A DNA stretch of 64,000 nt. Source: Thermoplasmatales archaeon SW_10_69_26. Its GTDB lineage: Archaea > Thermoplasmatota > SW-10-69-26. Shown one piece after another: positions 9,648-17,907 of the stretch. A program made the translations under genes and the position numbers. The stretch covers positions 32,001 through 96,000 of the forward strand of contig PXUB01000038.1 of NCBI GenBank assembly GCA_003009755.1, read 5' to 3'. The notes beneath the pieces are model-generated. The model searched no databases. It saw nothing but the letters and a program-made list of their open reading frames with translations, and was not told the DNA's origin. Each line of letters starts with the position of its first letter. The stretch's first letter is position 1.

Positions 9648-10012
9648 CTTCTCGACGGCTGATGTCACAGCAGGACAGCCGTCGAGAAGCTCGACGGACC
9701 CGAGGCGTCGGCGAGGGTCCGTCTGAGCCTCGTGACCGCCAGCGAGCCCCCGAGCGCCCGCGGTCTCGAGGATGGTGGATGCAGGCTGACGTCACAGCAG
9801 AGCAGCCGTCGAGAAGCTCGACGGACCCGAGGCGCCAGCGAGGGTCCGTCTGAGGGGAGGGAAGCTCTGCTTCCCGAGCGAGGCCGCATCCATGCGGCCG
9901 GACCTCGAGACCGCAAGTTCGCACGGATCGACGATCCGTGCTCTCGCGAGGGTTCGCCGAGGGCAGGAACCCTCGCGACGAGCCCCGAGCGCCCGCGGTC
10001 TCGGGGATGGTG
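9648..10012. repeat. Palindromic hairpin chain with a 127-nt-period duplication
   Basis: GGCTGAyGTCACAGC...CCGTCGAGAAGCTCGACGGACCCGAGGCG...GGGTCCGTCTGAG at 9657 and 9784; GAGCGCCCGCGGTCTCG.GGATGGTGG occurs twice. Confidence 0.8.
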
Positions 10013-10311
10013 GGCGGCGTCACTCGCAGGTAGGCGTCCGTGTGCGGTCGGAGGCTCCGGCCGGCTCGACCCCCCGCGGACGTCCGCTGGCGGACACGTC
10101 GAGTGAGAGAGCCTGGTAGCCGACGAGAGAGCCGGCCGCGCGGGCGATCCCTGCCAGGGCCGGAGTCGCGTTGACAGCTGCCGTCGGCCCAACCGATCGG
10201 CGTTGCAACACCTATCGAGACGGGTTCGGGCCGCTTGACCGGCGCGATGTGCAGTCTGGAACTCGTGACAAGCTTTTATAGCAGGGAACGGCAGCCCTTG
10301 GTGGCCGGTCC

Positions 10312-11031
10312 ATGGAAGGGTTCGACCGTATCTGCACCGGTGTCGCCGGTCTCGACTCCCAACTGGGAGGAGGGGTACCGCGAGGTACGTCGATCCTCCT
10401 CATCGCCGAATCCACCAACGCCCTCTACAAGTTCCTCGACGAGCTGGCCGCGTTCGGCGTCGAGCAGAAGGAGGAGGTCTTCTGGCTGGAGCTGGACCGC
10501 CCCTGGGACCTCGTCCGCGACAGCCTCGAGACCACGCTCGACGGCCGCCAGGGCAAGCTCACCGTGCTCAACGCCTTCCAACCCCACCTCGGTCAGGCGT
10601 CCACGAACGGCGACGCGATCGGAATGGAGACGATCGACCCCAGCGACATCGAGGACGTGACCACCCACCGGTTGTCGAAGGTCGAGAAGGGCAACTACCG
10701 CATGGTGTTGACCTCGCTCAGCAGCATGCTGCAGACCGAGCCCGAGGACGAGGTGCTGGACTACGTGCGCCAGGTCGTCGCCCTCGGCCAGGACATGGGT
10801 GGCCTGCAGATCTTCACGATGGTCGAGGACGCCCACTCCGCCCAGACGCTGGCCATGTTCAAGCACATGTGCACCGCCGTGTTCGAGCTGGGCATGGAAC
10901 GCAAGGGCTTCGGCCTGTACTCCTACCTCAAGATCGAGAAACTCCTGGGCGTCCCCGACGCCGCCAACCTCATGCTCTTCGACGAGACCGACGAGGGCCT
11001 GCGCCTGGAGAACACCAAACGCGTGTTCTGA
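10312..11031 (+). CDS. KaiC/RAD55-like RecA-fold protein with degenerate Walker motifs
   Basis: TGVAGLDSQLGGGVPRGTSILL; Walker A position reads AESTNALY; C-terminal LKIEKLLG. Confidence 0.75.
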   Translation: MEGFDRICTGVAGLDSQLGGGVPRGTSILLIAESTNALYKFLDELAAFGVEQKEEVFWLELDRPWDLVRDSLETTLDGRQGKLTVLNAFQPHLGQASTNGDAIGMETIDPSDIEDVTTHRLSKVEKGNYRMVLTSLSSMLQTEPEDEVLDYVRQVVALGQDMGGLQIFTMVEDAHSAQTLAMFKHMCTAVFELGMERKGFGLYSYLKIEKLLGVPDAANLMLFDETDEGLRLENTKRVF

Positions 11032-11090
11032 CCCGCACCGGTCAAGGCATCACGGGCAACACTTTAACGCCGCCAGGTCGCGTCCCCACC

Positions 11091-12104
11091 GTGCGCGTCA
11101 CCCACGCGGTGATCGTCGGCCTCCTGCTCGTCAGCGCGGGCTGTCTGACCGGCGCCGACGAGACGGCCGAGGAGCCCGAGGACGGGAGCCTCGATGCTCG
11201 GGCCGACCCGAACACCGAGACCGACGCCACCTCCCGCGCCCCGGAACCGGGCCCCCTCGAGGCCCCGCCCAGCTGGATCCCCGGCGAGTACTGGACGATC
11301 GAGATCGACAGCACCCTGCTCGACGAACCGATCACCTGGACGCGCGTCGTCGCCGGCTACAGCTCGGACACCTACCTGCTTGGCCAACCCGCCGAGGAGG
11401 CCACGCCGGCCGGCCTCCTGTTGCACGTGCCCGGCCTGGGCCCCGTCGACCAGGGCAACCTCTCCTACGGCGTGCACGGAGACGCCTTCCAGCCGACGGC
11501 GTTCCCGCTCGAGGAGGGCCAAGCCTGGCAGACGTCGTTCGAGGGCGACCCCGTGAACGCGACCGTGACCCGCGCCGGCGACGTCGCCGAGATCGCGTTC
11601 TGCTGCTCGCGGAACATCACCGCCACCTACGACCCCAGCGTGCGCGCGATCAGCTCGCTGTCCGTCGACGACGGCTTCCTCGCCTACGAGGTCACCGACC
11701 ACGGCTACGCCTACGAGGGTGACATCGAGGTCCCCACCGAGCGCGAGGTCGTGTTCCTCCAGGGACGCGCGGCCGGCGCCCTCACGACCGACGGCTCGGC
11801 TGGCCCCCCGGCCGGGCAGGCCCAGGTCCCCGAGGCTGTGGACCGGGTCGCTTTCACGCAGATCGTCGGCAACCTCGACATGACACCCGCCGAGGAGATC
11901 GGCGCCTACCTCGAACGGGCCCAACTGCCGAACGGCTCCACCTACACCACCCAGCGATCGGCCAGAACCGACGGCCTGGCCATCAGCTTCCACGAGGCCG
12001 CCAACGCCTCCGGCACGTGGACCTTCGACCACGTCGCCGGCGGTCCCGGCCTGGCCTTCACCGAGGGCATCGGCTACCAGCTCGAGACGCGCACCCTCGG
12101 GTGA
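11091..12104 (+). CDS. Putative lipoprotein, unknown function
   Basis: Signal peptide with lipobox LVSAGC, acidic linker. Confidence 0.7.
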   Translation: MRVTHAVIVGLLLVSAGCLTGADETAEEPEDGSLDARADPNTETDATSRAPEPGPLEAPPSWIPGEYWTIEIDSTLLDEPITWTRVVAGYSSDTYLLGQPAEEATPAGLLLHVPGLGPVDQGNLSYGVHGDAFQPTAFPLEEGQAWQTSFEGDPVNATVTRAGDVAEIAFCCSRNITATYDPSVRAISSLSVDDGFLAYEVTDHGYAYEGDIEVPTEREVVFLQGRAAGALTTDGSAGPPAGQAQVPEAVDRVAFTQIVGNLDMTPAEEIGAYLERAQLPNGSTYTTQRSARTDGLAISFHEAANASGTWTFDHVAGGPGLAFTEGIGYQLETRTLG

Positions 12105-12150
12105 GGCCCTCAAGGGTGGATACTTCAGGCACGACACCGATACCCCCTGC

Positions 12151-13497
12151 ATGGGTCTGGACGTCCGGGAACGGTTCCCCGTCACCGAGACGACGTTGAC
12201 GAGCCCCGTCGACGGGGCCGAGCGACCGCTGGTCTACCTCGACCACGCCGCCTCGACGCACGCGCCGACCCCCGTGCTCGACGCCCACAAACGCTTCCTC
12301 AGCGAAGCCTACGCCAACGTCCACCGGGGCGCACACCACCTCAGCGAGGTCAGCACGGAGGCCTACGAGGATGTGCGCTGGAAGTGCAAGGCCTTCGTCG
12401 GCGCCCGCCCGGACCAGGACGTCCTCTTCACGCCGAACACGACCGCCGCCCTCGACCTGGCCTCCCACCTCGTCGCCGACGAGCCCGGGTACACGCTCGT
12501 CACGACGATGGAGCACCACAGCAACGACCTCCCGCACCGGGAGAAGGGCGCCACCGCGCACGTCGGCGTCACCGACGATGGCCGGCTGGACCTGGCCGAC
12601 CTCGAGGACAAGCTGGCCACGTACAAGACCAAGCTCGTCGCCGTCACCATGGCCAGCAACGTCACCGGAATCCGGCCGCCGCTGGCCGAGATCACCGACC
12701 TGGCCCACAGCTACGGCGCCAAGGTCCTCGTCGACGGCGCCCAAGCCCTGGCCCACCTCCCCGTCGACCTGCGCGGGATCGGCGACACCGGCGGCCCCGA
12801 CATGTTCGCCGCCGCCGGCCACAAGGCCTACGCCCCGATGGGCGCCGCCTTCCTCGTCGCCCCGCGCGAACTCGTGAACGACGCCGACCCCTACCAGCCC
12901 GGCGGCGGCACCGTGTCCCTGGTCGGCACCGACGACGTCGTCTGGACGAAGGGCACCGACCGCCACCAAGGCGGCACCCCCAACGTGCCCGGCATCGTCG
13001 CCATGGGCGCCGCGCTGGACTTCCTGCGCGGCGTCGGCATGCAAGCCGTCCGCGACCACGAGCGCGAGCTGTTGACCCGCATGCTGGACGGCCTGGACGC
13101 GATCCCGGAGGTCGACGTGCTCGGCTCGGCCCCGGCCCGCGACCGCGTCGGCGCCGTCGGGTTCACGATCGACGGCGTCCACCACCGGCTGGCCTCCCAG
13201 ATCTTCGACAACGAGCACGGCGTCGCCACCCGCAACGGCTGGTTCTGCGCCCACCCCTACATCGTGCGCCTGCTCGGCCTCGAGGACCGGGTGGACGAGC
13301 TGCGTCAACGCGTCCACGACGGCGGCAGCGCCCGCGAACCCGGGTTCCCCGGCGCGGTGCGCGCCAGCCTGGGCATCTACAACACCCGCGAGGAGATCGA
13401 CCACTTCCTCGACGCCGTCCGCCAGGTTGCCGGCCGCGACTGGCAGGGCAGCTACGCCTACACCGAAGGCGACAACTGGCGTCCCGCCCGAACGTGA
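12151..13497 (+). CDS. Class V PLP aminotransferase / SufS-like cysteine desulfurase
   Basis: YLDHAAS, MEHHSNDLP, DGAQ, GHKAYAP, RNGWFCAHP, VRASLG. Confidence 0.9.
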   Translation: MGLDVRERFPVTETTLTSPVDGAERPLVYLDHAASTHAPTPVLDAHKRFLSEAYANVHRGAHHLSEVSTEAYEDVRWKCKAFVGARPDQDVLFTPNTTAALDLASHLVADEPGYTLVTTMEHHSNDLPHREKGATAHVGVTDDGRLDLADLEDKLATYKTKLVAVTMASNVTGIRPPLAEITDLAHSYGAKVLVDGAQALAHLPVDLRGIGDTGGPDMFAAAGHKAYAPMGAAFLVAPRELVNDADPYQPGGGTVSLVGTDDVVWTKGTDRHQGGTPNVPGIVAMGAALDFLRGVGMQAVRDHERELLTRMLDGLDAIPEVDVLGSAPARDRVGAVGFTIDGVHHRLASQIFDNEHGVATRNGWFCAHPYIVRLLGLEDRVDELRQRVHDGGSAREPGFPGAVRASLGIYNTREEIDHFLDAVRQVAGRDWQGSYAYTEGDNWRPART

Positions 13498-13597
13498 GGT
13501 CGCCGGCGGGTGTGGGCCGGGCCCGCATGCCCGTCTCTGCCTGTACCGTCGGCCCGATGCGAAGGTTGATACCCGGGCAAGCGTTAGATGCGGTCCC

Positions 13598-15220
13598 GTG
13601 ACGCAAACGAGGTTCATCGTGGTCACGGGGGGTGTCCTCTCCGGATTGGGGAAGGGCATCACGACCTCCTCGATCGGACGACTGTTGAAAGCCAGCGGGC
13701 TCTCCGTCACGGCCGTCAAGATCGATCCCTACGTCAACTGCGACGCAGGGACGATGAACCCCTTCGAGCACGGCGAGGTGTTCGTGCTCGAGGACGGGGG
13801 CGAGGTCGACCTGGACCTTGGGAACTACGAGCGCTTCCTCGACACCAACATCCCCAAGGACAACAACCTCACCACCGGCAAGGTCTACCGCAGCGTCATC
13901 GAGAAGGAACGCCAGGGCGAGTACCTGGGCAAGACGGTCCAGATCGTCCCCCACGTCACCGAGGAGATCCGCGAGCGCGTCGAGGAGGCCGCCGCGAAGG
14001 CCAACGCCGACGTCTGCCTCGTCGAGGTCGGTGGCACCGTCGGCGACATGGAGTCGATGCCGTTCCTGGAGGGCCTGCGTCAGCTGTCCCGCGAGCACGG
14101 CCGGGACAACGTCGTGTTCGTTCACACCACGCTGGTCCCGATCCTCGCCCCGGTCGGCGAGCAGAAGACCAAGCCCACCCAGCACAGCGTCAAGGAGCTG
14201 AAGGCGACCGGCATCGAGCCCGACATGATCGTGTGCCGGTGCGAGGAGCCGCTCGCGGAGAGCACGCGCGAGAAGATCTCGCACTTCTGCGACGTCGACA
14301 CGGACGCCGTCGTCGGCGCCCCCGACGTCGACACGAAGTACCAGGTCCCCTTGCTCATCCACGACCAGGGCGTCGACGACTGGCTCGAGGAACGGTTGGA
14401 CCTGGACCGGGACGAGCCCGACCTCGACCCCTGGAAGCGGTTCCTCGACGGCGTCCAGAACCCGACCCACGACGTCGAGATCGCGATCGTGGGCAAGTAC
14501 ACCGAGCTCGAGGACGCCTACATGAGCATCACCGAGGCGTTCAACCACGCCGGCTCGGAGCTGTCGACCGACGTCGGCATCCGCTGGGTCGACAGCGACG
14601 AGCTGACCCTCGAGGACCTCGAGGAGGCCGACGACCCCGATGGCATCCTCGTCCCCGGTGGCTTCGGAGCCCGCGGCACGCAGGGCAAGATCAACGCCAT
14701 CCGGCACGCCCGCGAGGAGAAGATCCCGTTCCTCGGAATCTGCTACGGGTTCCAGCTCGCCGTCGTCGAGTTCGCCCGCAACGTCCTCGGCCTCGAGGAC
14801 GCCACCTCCAAGGAGCTGATGGAGGAGAGGGGCATCGACTCCGAGAACCCCGTCATCGACCTCCTCCCCGAGCAACGCTCCGTGGACGCCAAGGGTGGCA
14901 CGATGCGGCTCGGTGCCACGCCCGTCCGCATCGACGCCGGCACCACCGCCCACGAGCTGTACGGGACCGAGCTCGTGCTCGAACGCCACCGCCACCGCTA
15001 CGAGGTCAACCCCCGCTACCACGACGACCTCATCGACCACGGTCTCACCTTCAGCGGCTGCGACTCGACCGGTCTCCGCATGGAGATCCTCGAGCACGAG
15101 GATCACCCATTCTTCCTCGGCAGCCAGTTCCACCCGGAGTTCAAAAGCCGACCCGGCGACCCCGCCCCGCTGTTCCGCGGGCTCGTGCAAGCCACGCTCA
15201 AGGCCGACGACGGGGTCTAG
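13598..15220 (+). CDS. pyrG: CTP synthase
   Basis: VTGGVLSGLGKG, KTKPTQHSV, GICYGFQ, ERHRHRYE, QFHPEF. Confidence 0.97.
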   Translation: MTQTRFIVVTGGVLSGLGKGITTSSIGRLLKASGLSVTAVKIDPYVNCDAGTMNPFEHGEVFVLEDGGEVDLDLGNYERFLDTNIPKDNNLTTGKVYRSVIEKERQGEYLGKTVQIVPHVTEEIRERVEEAAAKANADVCLVEVGGTVGDMESMPFLEGLRQLSREHGRDNVVFVHTTLVPILAPVGEQKTKPTQHSVKELKATGIEPDMIVCRCEEPLAESTREKISHFCDVDTDAVVGAPDVDTKYQVPLLIHDQGVDDWLEERLDLDRDEPDLDPWKRFLDGVQNPTHDVEIAIVGKYTELEDAYMSITEAFNHAGSELSTDVGIRWVDSDELTLEDLEEADDPDGILVPGGFGARGTQGKINAIRHAREEKIPFLGICYGFQLAVVEFARNVLGLEDATSKELMEERGIDSENPVIDLLPEQRSVDAKGGTMRLGATPVRIDAGTTAHELYGTELVLERHRHRYEVNPRYHDDLIDHGLTFSGCDSTGLRMEILEHEDHPFFLGSQFHPEFKSRPGDPAPLFRGLVQATLKADDGV

Positions 15221-15222
15221 CC

Positions 15223-15753
15223 TTGCGCGTGATCGCCCTCACCGGCGTCCCCGGCACCGGCAAGACGACGCTTGCCGACCACGTCGACGACGTGAGCGTC
15301 CTCGGCGCCAACGACCTCGCCCGCCAGGTCGACGCCCTCGGGGGCCACGACGACGACCGCCAAGCCGAGATCGTCGACGAGGCCGCCCTGGCCGAGGGCG
15401 CAACCGACGCCTACCCCGAGGGCCCGGTGCTCGTCGAGGGACACCTGGCCCACCACTGCCCGGCCGATCTCGTCGTCCTGTTGCGCTGCCACCCCGACGA
15501 GCTGCGCGACCGGTTGGCGACCAAGGGCTGGAGCGAGGCCAAGATCGAGGAGAACGCGATGGCCGAGACGCTGGACGCCCTCGTGCCCGAGATCGAGCAA
15601 CGCCCCGCCGGCGAGCTCGACACCACCGACACCGAGCCCGCCCGCCTGGCCCAGACCATCGAGGCGTTGTTCGAGGACGGAGGCCCCGAGGTCGTCCTCG
15701 ACCCGCTCGGCACCGCCGACTGGACCCACACCCTCGAGGAGGGCCCGCCGTGA
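15223..15753 (+). CDS. Adenylate kinase-like protein (AK6/Fap7 family)
   Basis: LTGVPGTGKTT, VEGHLAH, LRCHP, KIEEN; TTG start. Confidence 0.85.
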   Translation: MRVIALTGVPGTGKTTLADHVDDVSVLGANDLARQVDALGGHDDDRQAEIVDEAALAEGATDAYPEGPVLVEGHLAHHCPADLVVLLRCHPDELRDRLATKGWSEAKIEENAMAETLDALVPEIEQRPAGELDTTDTEPARLAQTIEALFEDGGPEVVLDPLGTADWTHTLEEGPP

Positions 15754-16397
15754 CGCTGCACGACCACCGGGCCCGCTTCGAGGATCAACTGTCGCCGATC
15801 GTGAACTGGTGCATGGCTCACGACGTCTCGCCGAACGTCGTGTCCGTGGTCGCACTCGTGATCACCTCGGCCGCCGGCGTCGTCTTCTGGCAGTCCACCC
15901 CGGCCCGTTGGTGGCTGTTGCCCGTCGGCGCCTTCCTGTTGCTGTTCGGCGCCATGCTGGACTCGGCCGATGGTCTGCTGGCTCGGGCCACCGACCAGGC
16001 CAGCGCGCTGGGCGATTTCCTCGACCACGCCTTCGATCGGTTCGCCGACGTCGCCCTGCTCGTCGGCCTCACGTTCTCCCCCTGGGTGCCCTTCGAGATC
16101 GGCCTGTTCGCCATCGTGGGCACCCTGTTGACCAGCTACATGGGGACCCAAGCCCAAGCCGTCGGGGTCGGTCGCGACTACGGCGGTCTCGTCGGCCGAG
16201 CCGACCGCATGTTCGTGCTCTTCTGCGGCGCGATCGGGCAAGCCGTCGTCGTCCCGCTCGCCGTGAGCCTGCCGCTGGGGCTCAACCTGGTGGAGGTCGC
16301 CGTCGGCTGGATCGCGCTCGCCGGCAACATCACGGCGCTGCAGCGGTTCTGGGGGGCGCTCGCGGCCCTCCGTGACGAGCGCACAAAGCCTAAATAG
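15750..16397 (+). CDS. CDP-alcohol phosphatidyltransferase (archaetidylinositol phosphate synthase-like)
   Basis: DSADGLLARAT...GDFLDHAFDRFAD. Confidence 0.9.
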   Translation: MTLHDHRARFEDQLSPIVNWCMAHDVSPNVVSVVALVITSAAGVVFWQSTPARWWLLPVGAFLLLFGAMLDSADGLLARATDQASALGDFLDHAFDRFADVALLVGLTFSPWVPFEIGLFAIVGTLLTSYMGTQAQAVGVGRDYGGLVGRADRMFVLFCGAIGQAVVVPLAVSLPLGLNLVEVAVGWIALAGNITALQRFWGALAALRDERTKPK

Positions 16398-16420
16398 TGC
16401 GCACGCTGCAAGGAGAAGCG

Positions 16421-17284
16421 ATGGCAGGCATCGCGAACACGGCGAAGACCGGCGGCTTGTTCCTCGGCATGGTGGCGTTGTTCGCCATCGTCGGGTTCCT
16501 GGTCGGCGGCTTCTTCGGCTCGGACCCGTACTCAGCGATGCTTCTGTTCCTCGTCGTCGCGGCCGTGCTCAACGGCGTCTCCCTGTTCTGGGGGGACAAG
16601 ATGATCCTCAAGGCCTACAGCGCCGAGCAGGTCTCCGAGGCCGACGAACCCGAGCTGCACCGCATCGTGGCGAACATCTCCGCCAACGCCGGCCTCCCGA
16701 AACCGGACATCTACGTGATCGACTCCCAGACGCCGAACGCGTTCGCGACCGGCCGCAACCCCGAGGAGGGCAAGGTCGCGTTCACGACCGGCCTCATGCG
16801 GCTCCTCGACCGGGACGAACTCGAGGGCGTGGCCGCCCACGAGATGGCCCACATCGAGAACCGCGACATGCTCGTCATGACGGTCGCCGCCACGCTGGCG
16901 GCCGCGATCGGGTTCGCCGTCCGCATGGCGATGTGGGGCAGCATCTTCGGCGGCCGCGACACGCGCCAGGCCCTTCCCCTGCTGATCCTGCTCGCCGTCA
17001 CCGCCCCCATCGCGGCCATGGTCGTCAAGTCCGCGATCAGCCGCGCCCGCGAGTTCAAGGCCGACGCCGGCGCCGCCGACATGACCGGCAACCCGCGCGC
17101 GCTCGCCAGCGCCCTCCGCAAGCTCGAGTCCGGCAACGACGCCAAACCGATGGAGGGCGGCAACCCGGCCCACGCCTCCCTGTTCATCGCCAACCCGTTC
17201 CGCGGCGGCGTGCTGACCAAGCTGTTCAGCACCCACCCGCCGATGGACGAGCGGGTTCAGCGACTCAACGACATGGCGTACTAG
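16421..17284 (+). CDS. htpX: Zinc metalloprotease HtpX
   Basis: PNAFATGRNP, HEMAH, SRAREFKAD, FSTHPP. Confidence 0.95.
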   Translation: MAGIANTAKTGGLFLGMVALFAIVGFLVGGFFGSDPYSAMLLFLVVAAVLNGVSLFWGDKMILKAYSAEQVSEADEPELHRIVANISANAGLPKPDIYVIDSQTPNAFATGRNPEEGKVAFTTGLMRLLDRDELEGVAAHEMAHIENRDMLVMTVAATLAAAIGFAVRMAMWGSIFGGRDTRQALPLLILLAVTAPIAAMVVKSAISRAREFKADAGAADMTGNPRALASALRKLESGNDAKPMEGGNPAHASLFIANPFRGGVLTKLFSTHPPMDERVQRLNDMAY

Positions 17285-17731
17285 GAGAAGTCGTTGAGTC
17301 GCTGAAGAGGACGAACGCGGGGTCGCCGTACGCGTTCGTCCGAATCGCGAGCATCGCTAGCGCGGAGGCTACCGTGCGCGCTCGATGCTCGCGAGAGCGG
17401 CAGGTTCGACGACATGACGTACTAAGAGAAGTCGTTGAGTCGCTGAAGAGGACGAACGCGGGGTCGCCGTACGCGTTCGTCCGGATCGCGAGCATCGCTA
17501 GCCCGGCGTATACCGCTCGGGCTCGATGCTCGCGAGAGCCCGAGCGACGCCATCGCACGCTCGGGCGAATCCAGAGACCGACGCGTCGGCCCCGGCTGTC
17601 GGTCTCTGGTTCCAGCGTTCGGGTCCACGAGCAGGTCGTGCGCGCTCGATGCTCGCGAGAGCCCGAGCGACGCCATCGCACGCTCGGGCGAATCCAGGGA
17701 CCGACGCGTCGGCCGGGACTGTCGGTCTCTG
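17256..17731. repeat. Hairpin chain with two tandem duplications (periods 141 and 123 nt) overlapping the htpX 3' end
   Basis: 17268-17408 repeats at 17409; 17521-17608 repeats at 17644; several 9-17 bp perfect stems. Confidence 0.85.
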
Positions 17732-17907
17732 ATCGCGTGCCGAGCAACCTCCCGGCATGGGCTTAGCACTCCACGCTCGCCCTCCTCCCCCCTCGGCCGA
17801 CCGATGCTGCTCTCCCGATTGCTCGATACCCTTGGCGATGCCGGGGCTCGGCGGCAGGCCGCCTGGAGCACCGGCCGGCCCGCTCCGGCCGGCGCCCGGG
17901 CACGGGG

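Noticed and set aside
17268-17731. Possible CRISPR array
   Set aside because: Only two copies of each long unit, no constant 25-45 nt repeat with unique spacers, and no cas genes in the window
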